From NCBI GenBank assembly GCA_020720105.1, contig DYPF01000004.1, forward strand, positions 7,707 to 45,056: a DNA stretch of 37,350 nt. The letters run 5' to 3'. Numbering within the stretch: the stretch's first letter is position 1; every line of letters starts with the position of its first letter. The notes under the pieces were generated by a model. It did no database searches. It was not told the origin of the DNA and saw only the letters and a list, made by a program, of their open reading frames with translations. The DNA comes from Chloroherpeton thalassium (lineage in GTDB: Bacteria > Bacteroidota > Ignavibacteria > Kapaibacteriales > UBA2268). This document shows positions 18,463 through 28,361 of this stretch, in pieces. The position numbers were made by a program, and so were the translations under genes.

Positions 18463-18694
18463 TTTCGTCCCTATTGCAATAATTTTAATATAACTAAAAC
18501 AAGAATTACCAATATTGCAATTATTATAGCTAATTTAATAAATTTTTTGAGGATAGAAAATATTATCCCTATCACTAACGCTACAATAATAACTTTTACA
18601 AAATTGGGCAATTCCAAAAAAAACTGGATATAATTTTCCATAAGCAATTTATATTTTTTTTGTTTTAATTTCTTTTTTTAATCCGAAATACAAT

Positions 18695-19468
18695 TTATCT
18701 TAATCTAAATTTTAAAGTGATAATTCCTACTTGTACTTTATTTTCGCTGATAGTATTAAATTTCCATTGTCGGAGAGCGTCCATTGCAGCTTTTTCCAAT
18801 CGTGGATCAGCTTTTTCCAATGGGAACATTTTATCAACAGTTCCATCTTGCAGCACAGTAAACTGCAATCTAATTGTCCCAGAAGCATTTACGCCATCAG
18901 GATATTGCGGTACTTTTTTATACACAACAATACGATTACCGCCACCACCCCAATCAATATCTCCGTAACCATGCCCAGCACCGCTGCCAAAGCCTTTGTC
19001 GCCCATACCACTGCCAAAAGGATCTCCATCAGCAGTTCCTACATTTTTCTTGCTATTGCTAACTTCTCGATTATCTGAAACATCATTTGTTGATGGATTA
19101 GAAGTAGGAACTAATCTACTTGTTTCCTCAGGTGTAAGATTAGATTTTGTTTGGCGATTACTTGCTGAAGCAATTTGTGCATCATCTAACTCATTTGTTG
19201 CTTCTTTACCTTTGTGAGCATCACCTTCTTCCTGATAATTTCCACTACTTTTGCCTGTTCCGTCCCCTAATCCAATATTAAGCAATTCGATTGTTGTTGA
19301 ATTTCTTTGTAATTCTATTGCTTTTGGTGGTTCAAGTTTAAAAAAGAAAAGTAGCAATACACAAATTATTAATATTACTACTGATAAAAACCAACTAAGA
19401 TAAGTATTCTTATCGTATGGTAGTTTAAAACTTACAAATTCTGTTTCATCAAATCTATATGTGCTCAT
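18695..19468 (-). CDS. TonB/TolA-like energy transducer
   Basis: N-terminal TM, Gly-rich linker and TonB C-terminal domain (PQYP…GTIRLQFTVLQDGTV…AAMDALRQWKF). Confidence 0.85.
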   Translation of the reverse strand: MSTYRFDETEFVSFKLPYDKNTYLSWFLSVVILIICVLLLFFFKLEPPKAIELQRNSTTIELLNIGLGDGTGKSSGNYQEEGDAHKGKEATNELDDAQIASASNRQTKSNLTPEETSRLVPTSNPSTNDVSDNREVSNSKKNVGTADGDPFGSGMGDKGFGSGAGHGYGDIDWGGGGNRIVVYKKVPQYPDGVNASGTIRLQFTVLQDGTVDKMFPLEKADPRLEKAAMDALRQWKFNTISENKVQVGIITLKFRLR

Positions 19469-19469
19469 C

Positions 19470-21134
19470 TTATTTAATTCTATCTACCCAAGTTTGACTA
19501 AATCCTAATTTTCTTGCATCATTTATTGCATTTTGTTTGTCATTATATTCTCCAAATCGAACACGATACCAAACAACATCACGAATCTTCTGCGTACTAA
19601 TGTAAGCATTGGAAATACTTAAACTATATAGTTTTTTAATCCACATTTGAGCATCTTCAAAGCTTGGTGTGGAATAAACTTGAATAGTATAGACCGCCTT
19701 TGTTGGTTTTACAACTTTTGGAATTTCAACAGTTTTAGGCTGCTCTATTATTTTATTTTCTGCAACTTTTGGTTTAGTTGTTGTTTGCTCTGGCTTTTTA
19801 TTTACAACTTTGGGCTTATTATGAGTAACATTACTCTTTTGTTTTACTTTTTTGTGTTCTGGTTCGTGTTTTGGAGTTACTTTTGTATGAGAAATTTCTT
19901 TTTCTGTTGGTTTAGGTTTTTCAGTAACTTTGTGTTCAATCGGTTTATGTTCTGTAGTTTTATGTTCTGTTATTGAATGCTCGTCTGTTTGTAGATGTTC
20001 TTCCTTATGATCTAAATTAGCATCAGAATGAGCAATATTAGTATCTTCTTTATGTTCAAACTCAGCAGAAGTAGTATCAACTTTGTGTTCACCTTCGTGA
20101 GTTGGTTTATGTTCACCTTCTGAGTGTTTGCCGTCCTTTGTTTCTTTATGTTTATCTTTTGATTTTTCTTTTTTAGCTAATTGCTTTTCTTTAGTAATTG
20201 TTGAATCTTTAGCTACTTTATCATAATTATTCAAATAATAATTAATTGCAAAGTAACTTACTGCAGCAATTAGTAATATACCTGCTACTGACGAACCAAT
20301 CCAGAACAACAAACCTGCTTTTTTTCGTTCTTTTTTCTCTTTTGGTGGCTTTGGAGCTTTAGTTTTCTTGGATTTAATTACTTCTTTTGCTCCTTCAACA
20401 TTAGGAATTAATGGTTCGGTTTCAACTTTCTTAGTTTCATCAATTTTGTCAAAATCTATAAAGTCAACTTTCTTTTCCTTCTCTTCAACTGGCTTGAAAC
20501 TTTTCTTAGCTTGTTCTGCATCTACTTCAACAACTTCAACTTGCTCGGGTTGCGTTTCTAACTTGCGGTCTTCTTTTTCCTTACGCTTTTTCTGGCTTGC
20601 TTTTAATTCTGCTTCTAGTAAATTTTTTAATTCATCATCTATACTTATAGGACCACTTTCTACTTGTTCGTTTTGAGATACTTCATAAGTGTTTTCTGCC
20701 TCCCAAATTGGATCTGCAACCACTTGCCCCAAATCCTTAAGAGTTTCATCGGAATCTGCAAAAGCAGGAATTGTTGCATCTTGCCAAACACTTTCTTCTT
20801 GTTGAGTAATTTCGGGAGTTGGTTCAGGATTGGAAGTTGTTTCAATTTCAGGAATTTGTTCAAAAATTGGCTCTGATTCTGGCTCTGGTGTGGTTTCTGC
20901 AGGAATTTCGTCTTCTGTAATCCTATCCCAGATATTTCCTTCTACATTTTCGATTATTTCATCACTTGCAACAGCACTTATTGCAATCTCAGGTTGATTA
21001 GATTGATAATACGGGAAATCACCAGGATACTTTCCTGTTTTTTCCAAAAGCATAATATCATCATCAGGTTCACCTGGATTGAACCCACCTGCAACTTCTT
21101 CTGGTCTTAATTTATCATCAAAAATACTCATCAC
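19470..21134 (-). CDS. Single-pass membrane protein with a C-terminal SPOR peptidoglycan-binding domain
   Basis: Acidic disordered N-terminus, TM (LLFWIGSSVAGILLIAAVSYFAI), K/E/H-rich linker and SPOR domain (YTIQVYS…WYRVRFGEY…A…ARKLG). Confidence 0.85.
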   Translation of the reverse strand: MMSIFDDKLRPEEVAGGFNPGEPDDDIMLLEKTGKYPGDFPYYQSNQPEIAISAVASDEIIENVEGNIWDRITEDEIPAETTPEPESEPIFEQIPEIETTSNPEPTPEITQQEESVWQDATIPAFADSDETLKDLGQVVADPIWEAENTYEVSQNEQVESGPISIDDELKNLLEAELKASQKKRKEKEDRKLETQPEQVEVVEVDAEQAKKSFKPVEEKEKKVDFIDFDKIDETKKVETEPLIPNVEGAKEVIKSKKTKAPKPPKEKKERKKAGLLFWIGSSVAGILLIAAVSYFAINYYLNNYDKVAKDSTITKEKQLAKKEKSKDKHKETKDGKHSEGEHKPTHEGEHKVDTTSAEFEHKEDTNIAHSDANLDHKEEHLQTDEHSITEHKTTEHKPIEHKVTEKPKPTEKEISHTKVTPKHEPEHKKVKQKSNVTHNKPKVVNKKPEQTTTKPKVAENKIIEQPKTVEIPKVVKPTKAVYTIQVYSTPSFEDAQMWIKKLYSLSISNAYISTQKIRDVVWYRVRFGEYNDKQNAINDARKLGFSQTWVDRIK

Positions 21135-21143
21135 TCACCATTA

Positions 21144-22796
21144 TTAAAATTGCCAAATTAACCCAAGACGAGCAAATATACCGCGTTCACGATAACCTTG
21201 CCATAGATAATTGTCGTTGTTGGTTAAGTTATTCAATTCAATATCAATCCTTATGTTTTGATAAATTTCGTAATCTATCCTTCCATATAGATTAAAATAC
21301 GAATTAAGTTCGTTTTTGTTATTTTTATCGGCATATTGCATAGAGTTATAAAGGAATCCAATCTCAATGTTTCCTTTTGTAAAAAACTGAAGTCTATAGG
21401 CTAATGATCCAAAAATTTTGGGAATATAGGGAATAGTATTACTTTGATAATCCAAAATTGCTAAATTTGTGCCTAAAGTACCGTTAAGTTTGGAATTTTT
21501 AGTTATTTCCCAAAAGCCTTCTGTTGATAATTTAATAATATTTGCTGTTTCGAATAACAAATCAACACTATTTAAACTATCAGAATTGAAAAATGGATAA
21601 TATTCATAAAAATTGAGTGATCCATTGATTGTTATACCTTTTTTTGTATCGGGTTGGTATTGCACAATACCTTTGATTATCGCACTTGCACGTGGATAAA
21701 CAATTTCATTGATAATGTCTAAATATGGATTTTGACGGTAGAATGTAGTTGCAAAATCTTTATCAAGTCCGGTATAAAATTCTGCTCTTACAGAATAATC
21801 CATATTTGGTAAATAGCTTAAAATCATCCTCATCGCAACCATAGATTGTCCAACTTCTTTAGTATTATAAGCAAATTGATAACCTAATTCGCCTTCTAAA
21901 GTCATTTTATCGTAATATATGGCACTTTTCCCCATAATTTGATGGAAAGACAAATCCTTTCCCGAAAAGTTACCAATATTCAATTCAGCTGATGTTCCAA
22001 ACAAGTAATTTTCATATTTAGTATCAATGTTCAAAAATCCATAGATTCGATTTTCAAATAAATTTCGTGTGGATTGAGATAATTGATAAGTGTTAAATCC
22101 TACTCCTGTTCCAAAGTTAAAACCTTCATAGTTTCCTTTACTCTTCAATGAAAAATCGAGGTCTAAGGCTGAACGATTTGCTGATAATTGTGTCCCATAA
22201 AGATTGTAATCAGAATAATTCAACGAAAGATTAGTAAGAGTGCGGCTACCACCAAATATCCAAAAGAAATCTGGAGCTATGTAATCTGAATTTATCATCA
22301 AATTTAGATTTTGGTAATCTGAATTCTTAACATCACCTTGCGATGAATTGATGCCAGCTTTGCCGTATAATTCATATCCAACAAAATTTGCTCGATAACC
22401 CGCCAATAAATCTACTGTAGAGAATAATCCGAAACCTGCTTTTACAAACGCATTAGGCATTATTGGAAATTGCAATGCTTTGGGGATTTGAGGCGGTGGA
22501 ATTAGCAACGAGGGTTGCTTATCAAGAGGATTGATTGAATCTAATTCTGCAGCGGAAAAACGCGTTTGTGGCGTAGGCAATTGCTTGCTTCCAGCTTTAA
22601 CATTAACACTTTCTACACCTTCGATAACTAATTCTTGCAATTCTACAGGAGGTTGCTGCTGAGGTGCTTGTCCTGCTTGTCCAAATAAGCAAATGCTATT
22701 CAAGAATAATAACACAACAATTATCTTTATTTTTACGCTATCAATATTTTTAATAATATTTTTAATAATATTTTTAATATTTATATTTATTTTCAT
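21144..22796 (-). CDS. Outer-membrane beta-barrel protein resembling a TonB-dependent receptor barrel
   Basis: Signal peptide, VELQELVIEG (TonB-box-like), amphipathic strands, LNNLTN motif and terminal GLIWQF. At 550 aa it is too short for a normal plug plus 22-strand barrel. Confidence 0.75.
   Translation of the reverse strand: MKININIKNIIKNIIKNIDSVKIKIIVVLLFLNSICLFGQAGQAPQQQPPVELQELVIEGVESVNVKAGSKQLPTPQTRFSAAELDSINPLDKQPSLLIPPPQIPKALQFPIMPNAFVKAGFGLFSTVDLLAGYRANFVGYELYGKAGINSSQGDVKNSDYQNLNLMINSDYIAPDFFWIFGGSRTLTNLSLNYSDYNLYGTQLSANRSALDLDFSLKSKGNYEGFNFGTGVGFNTYQLSQSTRNLFENRIYGFLNIDTKYENYLFGTSAELNIGNFSGKDLSFHQIMGKSAIYYDKMTLEGELGYQFAYNTKEVGQSMVAMRMILSYLPNMDYSVRAEFYTGLDKDFATTFYRQNPYLDIINEIVYPRASAIIKGIVQYQPDTKKGITINGSLNFYEYYPFFNSDSLNSVDLLFETANIIKLSTEGFWEITKNSKLNGTLGTNLAILDYQSNTIPYIPKIFGSLAYRLQFFTKGNIEIGFLYNSMQYADKNNKNELNSYFNLYGRIDYEIYQNIRIDIELNNLTNNDNYLWQGYRERGIFARLGLIWQF
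22743..22778. repeat. 3 x 12-bp perfect tandem repeat in the signal-peptide coding region
   Basis: (aatatttttaat)x3 encodes (IKNI)x3 on the minus strand. Confidence 0.85.
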
Positions 22797-22823
22797 TTTT
22801 CTTCCCTAAATATTGAATAATTC

Positions 22824-25800
22824 TTATTTGTTGTCAAGTTTATTAGTTAAAAACTTAAGTCTTGACCTTGCTGTTTTGGAATAATCATCATCAGGATTGA
22901 TTGCAATTAACGATTTATATGTATTAATTGCAGAGGCATAATCTTCTTTCTTTTCGTAAGCTTCGCCTAATGAAAGTAATGATAGCGGGAACCATACTTC
23001 CACAGTTGAATATTTATCTTTTACTACATTAAAAGCAATAATTGCTTTTTCGTAGTTTAATAATCTCATATACATTTCGCCTGCACGGAACTGACTTTCA
23101 GCAGCTAATTCGGGATCTTCGGACAAACTTGACAATAGCTCAAATTGTTTTAATGCCGAATCATTCATATTTGTATTTCGCAAATACATTCCAATTCTAT
23201 AGCGAGCACTCAAACCATAAGGGTTTGTTGGATATTGATTGGCAACTTCATTATATAAGTTTAATGTTTTGGCTGTATCTCCAAAACTTAAAGCAATATC
23301 TGCTCTTTTGTAAAGCGCTTGTGCAGCAAAATCAGTAGTTTTAAAGTTTTCGTAAATTGAATTATAAACCGAATCTGCTTCCATCAAATAAGTATTGTTC
23401 CGCAGAATTTGAGCAAGTTCAAGCAATGATTTTGGAGCAAAATCACTTTTCGGATATTTAGTGGCTACTTTTTTAAGAGTTGACATTGCTTGCTCGGTTT
23501 CATTCAAATTCAAGTAACTCATTGCCATCCAATACATTGCTTCTGCATTGTATTCACTATCCGGATGTTTTTCCAAAAATTGTTGATATTCTTGGGCAGC
23601 ATCTCCATATCTTTGACCAGAGAAAAACATTTCTGCTTTTTTGAATGCAAACTCCACAATTGCAGGAGAGTTTGGATTCGATTTGATATATTGGTCAGCA
23701 AGTGCTATTGCCTCGTCATTTCTGCCAAGTGCAATGTAGCAATATTGTGTGCTTTTCAAGGCTTCGGGTGCAAGACCATCACTTGGGAAAAGTTCTATCA
23801 CTTTACGATAATAATCAAGTGCTTTTTCGTAATTTCCTTGATTGAAATAGCAATCGCCAATAGAATAATATGAACGTGGAACAAGATTACTTTGAGTGTA
23901 TGCTTCAATTAAATACGAATAATTATTAATAGCATCTTGATATTCCTTTTGGATAAATTTTATCCAACCCATCAAGTAAACAGAATGCGGAGCAAATGCA
24001 GAATTTGGATATTTGCCTACAAATTCAAGCAGTGCATTGATTGCTTTTGGATATTGGCTACTATGATAATACGCATTGCATAATTGATATGCGGCATATT
24101 GTCCTTCCTCAGTTTTGGGACTTAATTGTGATGCACGTTGATAATATTCTGCTGCTTTGATGTAATTCTTGTCGATATAATATCCATCTGCTTGTCGTGC
24201 TAATACTTCGGTTGCAAAATTTGATTTTGGAAATTCTTTGGTTAAAATATTGAAATATTCAGTAGACTTTTTAAAATTTTTCACTCTAAAATACGACCAT
24301 CCAAGCCCATAAAGAACTTCTTCACGTCGATAATTCGGATATTGCGACAATAAACTTTCATAAGTATTTTGTGCATTTGTAAGCAAATCAGAGCGGTAAT
24401 AACTTTCGGCTAACCAGAACATTGCTTCAGATAATTTATTATCGCTTGGCTTGGTTGCTATAAAATTGTTTAGGTTATTTATTGCTTCTTTGTAGCGATT
24501 CAACTGAATAAAGCAAACTGACTTGCGGAACATTATTTCGGAACGGAACATATCTTTTTCGGGGAAAAAGACAATATTACTATTCTGAATAATTGTATTT
24601 GCTTTTTCGAACTCAAATATTGCAGCATCGTATTTTTTTAATTGCATATAAGTTGCGCCCAAAAGCAAGTGGACGCGCGCTAAAATTCTTCCGGAAGTAA
24701 TTTCCTTTTCGGCACGGACTAAATTTTTACGAGCTTCGTTGTAATTTTCTGCATTGTAATTAATTTGTGCAATTTCGAGAAGAGCAACTCCTGCAAACGG
24801 GAAGTCGCTGCGAGATGCCAAATTAAGAAATTCTTTTTGAGCTTCGTCAATTTTCCCACTTTTTGCAATTGCAACTGAATGGTAAAACTCGGCAAAATCT
24901 TTAAGTTGTTTTTCATTATCGCTCGCTTCGGCAATAACTTTTTCGAAGTAATTTATTGCTTCTGTATAATTACTATTCTTTAAGTTCGACCAACCAATTC
25001 CATATAAAAAATAAGTTCTTAATTTTGTATCGGAATAAGTTTCCATAAAAGCGTTCATTTCCGAAATTGCTTGTGGATAATTGCCGATAATATTATAGGC
25101 TTCGCCTTTCATATAACTAATTTCATCAATCGAGTAGTTTGTATATTTCTGAGGAGCATATAATTTGCCGATCGAATCCTGCATCTGAATATGATTGTAG
25201 ATATTTGCAGCTGTTTCTAAATCAAACAATGCCCGTGATGCTTTCAATAATAGAATATGATTATTTGCCGAACGAATAGCAGAAGAAAGAACAGCACTCG
25301 AATATTGATATTCATTGATAATATGATTAAAATTAACTATTGCACTATCATAATCTTGATTGCGTTCGTAAACTAAAGCTATTGCAAAATAAGCATCACT
25401 AACTAAATCTGATTTTGGGGTTTCGGTGATAATTTGCTTAAACGATGGTATTGATTCATAATATCTTCCTTGCTGATAAATTGCAATACCCTGCCAATAC
25501 AAAGCTTGAGACTGCAAATCAGTAAAGTATTCGTAGTCGTTACGTCGAGATCGGTCAAATTCGATTCTCTTCAGAGTTAATTCAAAATAACCCTGGGCTT
25601 GGTCCCACTTTTCTTGTTCAATATAGATCAATGCAATCTGCATCAAAGCATTAGATTGCAAAGGTGAATTTGGAAATCTATCCACAAAATTCAACAATGT
25701 ATTTTTGGAGACTTCGTAGTTCCCCGAAATAATGTCAATCTTAGCTCTCAACAATTCTGCTTTTCCATAAGTTGGATTGTATGGGAATTTGTCAATACTC

Positions 25801-26021
25801 TTTATTAAATTTAATTCTGCTTCTCTTAATAATTTTTCTTCAAATAGTTTTTCAGAATTATAAAATACTCTTGTTCCATAATCAATATCATTAACTTGTA
25901 ATTGGCTAAACGAAAAAGAATAAACTGAAAAAAATAGAAGAAAAGAAAAGAAAATATATGAATTTCTCTTTTGATTAAGAATAAATTTTAAATTTTTTAT
26001 AATAAAATTACTCGAAAACAT
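22824..26021 (-). CDS. Large periplasmic tetratricopeptide-repeat protein (CpoB/YbgF- or BamD-like repeats)
   Basis: Many repeats of the type A.Y.LG..Y…Y..A…Y..L…YP.S and an N-terminal hydrophobic signal. ATG at 26021 (GAGGG upstream) is preferred over the track start at 26096. Confidence 0.88.
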   Translation of the reverse strand: MFSSNFIIKNLKFILNQKRNSYIFFSFLLFFSVYSFSFSQLQVNDIDYGTRVFYNSEKLFEEKLLREAELNLIKSIDKFPYNPTYGKAELLRAKIDIISGNYEVSKNTLLNFVDRFPNSPLQSNALMQIALIYIEQEKWDQAQGYFELTLKRIEFDRSRRNDYEYFTDLQSQALYWQGIAIYQQGRYYESIPSFKQIITETPKSDLVSDAYFAIALVYERNQDYDSAIVNFNHIINEYQYSSAVLSSAIRSANNHILLLKASRALFDLETAANIYNHIQMQDSIGKLYAPQKYTNYSIDEISYMKGEAYNIIGNYPQAISEMNAFMETYSDTKLRTYFLYGIGWSNLKNSNYTEAINYFEKVIAEASDNEKQLKDFAEFYHSVAIAKSGKIDEAQKEFLNLASRSDFPFAGVALLEIAQINYNAENYNEARKNLVRAEKEITSGRILARVHLLLGATYMQLKKYDAAIFEFEKANTIIQNSNIVFFPEKDMFRSEIMFRKSVCFIQLNRYKEAINNLNNFIATKPSDNKLSEAMFWLAESYYRSDLLTNAQNTYESLLSQYPNYRREEVLYGLGWSYFRVKNFKKSTEYFNILTKEFPKSNFATEVLARQADGYYIDKNYIKAAEYYQRASQLSPKTEEGQYAAYQLCNAYYHSSQYPKAINALLEFVGKYPNSAFAPHSVYLMGWIKFIQKEYQDAINNYSYLIEAYTQSNLVPRSYYSIGDCYFNQGNYEKALDYYRKVIELFPSDGLAPEALKSTQYCYIALGRNDEAIALADQYIKSNPNSPAIVEFAFKKAEMFFSGQRYGDAAQEYQQFLEKHPDSEYNAEAMYWMAMSYLNLNETEQAMSTLKKVATKYPKSDFAPKSLLELAQILRNNTYLMEADSVYNSIYENFKTTDFAAQALYKRADIALSFGDTAKTLNLYNEVANQYPTNPYGLSARYRIGMYLRNTNMNDSALKQFELLSSLSEDPELAAESQFRAGEMYMRLLNYEKAIIAFNVVKDKYSTVEVWFPLSLLSLGEAYEKKEDYASAINTYKSLIAINPDDDYSKTARSRLKFLTNKLDNK

Positions 26022-26159
26022 AATTTTGTGTTTCCCTCTTTTGCTGCAATGTAAAATTACGGAATTTCGCATAATTAAAGTTATATTTTTTTGCAAATTA
26101 GTTAATTTTGAATAATTTATTAGTTGCAGTTTTCCACAATCGTAAAAAAAAGAGCAGAA

Positions 26160-28361
26160 ATGAACAAAATTTTAATTACATCAGCCTTACCTTATGCAAA
26201 TGGTTACATTCATTTAGGTCATTTAGCAGGAGCTTACCTTCCAGCAGATATTTATGCGCGTTATCAAAGATTAAGCGGCAGGAGCGTTTTATACGTATGT
26301 GGTTCAGACGAACACGGAGTTGCTATTACTATTTCAGCAGAAAAGGAAAAAACAACCCCAGAACAAATAATTGACAAATACCATTATGCAAATTTAGATG
26401 CATTCCAGAAATTCGGAATGTCTTTTGATATTTATAGCCGCACCTCATTGCCCGAACATCATACGCTTGCTTTAGATTTCTTTAAGTCTGCTCTCGAGAA
26501 AAATCTACTTGCCGAAAAAGAAGAGGAACAATTTTTCGACCCAAAAGTAAATATGTTCTTGCCCGATAGATATGTGGAGGGTACTTGCCCAAATTGTGGT
26601 TACGACCGTGCTCGTGGCGACCAATGCGATAGCTGCGGTGCTTATTACAATCAAATTGACTTAAAAAATCCAAAAAGTATAATTAGCGGTCAAACACCAA
26701 TTGTGAAAAAAACAACACATTGGTATTTTAAATTTCAAGAATTTCAAGAATTTTTAGAAAATTATATTGAATCAAATTCGCACATTTGGAAGGATAATGT
26801 ACTGCAACAAACTCGCAGTTGGCTTAAAGCAGGATTAGCGGAACGTGCTATAACTCGCGACTTAACTTGGGGAGTAAAGCTAAGTGAATTGCCAGAACTT
26901 TCTGCTGATAAAAGTGCAGGAAAAGTACTTTATGTATGGTTTGATGCTGTTTTGGGTTATATTTCGGCAACTAAAAAATGGGCAAAAGAGAACTTAGATG
27001 ACGAAAGTAAATTTGCTGATTGGTGGCAAAATTCCGAAACAGAATATTATGCTTTCATCGGGAAGGATAATATAGTGTTCCATACTTTGATTTTCCCAGC
27101 TTTACTCCATTTTAAAGGCAATTTTATTTTACCTAAAAATGTACCCGCTAATGAATTTTTGAATTTGGAAGGACAGAAGTTCTCTAAATCTCGGAATTGG
27201 AGCATTGATGTTCGTGATTTCTTGACTGATTTCCCAGATTCAAACTATATTGATGCGCTGCGATATTCGCTTTTGATGAATTTACCTGAACAAAGAGATG
27301 CTGACTTTACTTGGAAAGATTATCAAGCAAAAAATAATAATGAATTAGCCGCAATTTTTGGTAATTTCATCAATAGAACTTCACAATTTCTGGGTAAAAA
27401 TTTCAATTCTCAAGTTCCAAAAATTGATGAAAGATATATTGGTGAGTGGAATGATTTTATAAAGTATTTAGATGATAATTTTAAAAGTAGTCCAAATTTA
27501 GCAAATTCTGATAATTTCACATTTGAATTATTCAACGATAATGATAAATTAGTTGTTCTTAGCTTATGGCAAGGAATTGAGAAATCTAAAGCATTTTTAA
27601 ATCGCTTTAAAATAAAAGAAGCCTTCCAAGAAATTATGAATATCTCCCGAGCTGCTAATAAGTATTTCAACGACGAAGCTCCTTGGAAAACTATCAAGCA
27701 AAATCCACAAGAAACTGCAAAAACACTTTACACTTCCACTCAACTTACAAGTTCATTATCTGTTTTGCTTTCGCCAGTAATTCCACATACTTGCCAGATA
27801 ATTCATTCGTTCATTAGCAACAATTCCGAGATTGGTAATCCTAATAAAGCAACTGAAAATGAGAATTTTTGGGATAAATCAAAATTCCCTACTCTGAATT
27901 TTGAACAGCACTTTGAAATTAAAAACATTCTTTTCCCATTTATTGAAGATAAAACTATCGAGCTTCAAGTAGCAAAATTGGGAAATTTACAAAAAAATAA
28001 CGAACCTAAACAAGAAGAAATTGGAGTAATTGATTTAATTTCAATAGATGATTTCCGAAAAGTACAAATGAAAACTGCAAAAATATTAGAAGCTGAAAAA
28101 GTGCCAAAATCAGATAAATTATTGAAATTACAAATTGAAATTGGAACAGAAAAAAGGCAAATTGTTTCGGGCATAGCCAAGTATTATGCTCCAGAGTCTT
28201 TAGTCGGGAAAACAATTGCGGTTGTTTATAATTTGAAACCCGCAAAATTATTTGGAATAGAGTCGCAAGGAATGATTCTTGCAGCAAAATCTGCTGATGG
28301 CAACCTTTCGATTCTAACAACTGACCAAACAAACTTTGAATCAGGAGCAGAGATTAGTTAA
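26160..28361 (+). CDS. metG: Methionine--tRNA ligase
   Basis: ALPYANG..HLGH, two CxxC knuckles, KFSKS and a C-terminal tRNA-binding domain. ATG at 26160, with TAATTTTG at 26103-26110. Confidence 0.98.
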   Translation: MNKILITSALPYANGYIHLGHLAGAYLPADIYARYQRLSGRSVLYVCGSDEHGVAITISAEKEKTTPEQIIDKYHYANLDAFQKFGMSFDIYSRTSLPEHHTLALDFFKSALEKNLLAEKEEEQFFDPKVNMFLPDRYVEGTCPNCGYDRARGDQCDSCGAYYNQIDLKNPKSIISGQTPIVKKTTHWYFKFQEFQEFLENYIESNSHIWKDNVLQQTRSWLKAGLAERAITRDLTWGVKLSELPELSADKSAGKVLYVWFDAVLGYISATKKWAKENLDDESKFADWWQNSETEYYAFIGKDNIVFHTLIFPALLHFKGNFILPKNVPANEFLNLEGQKFSKSRNWSIDVRDFLTDFPDSNYIDALRYSLLMNLPEQRDADFTWKDYQAKNNNELAAIFGNFINRTSQFLGKNFNSQVPKIDERYIGEWNDFIKYLDDNFKSSPNLANSDNFTFELFNDNDKLVVLSLWQGIEKSKAFLNRFKIKEAFQEIMNISRAANKYFNDEAPWKTIKQNPQETAKTLYTSTQLTSSLSVLLSPVIPHTCQIIHSFISNNSEIGNPNKATENENFWDKSKFPTLNFEQHFEIKNILFPFIEDKTIELQVAKLGNLQKNNEPKQEEIGVIDLISIDDFRKVQMKTAKILEAEKVPKSDKLLKLQIEIGTEKRQIVSGIAKYYAPESLVGKTIAVVYNLKPAKLFGIESQGMILAAKSADGNLSILTTDQTNFESGAEIS

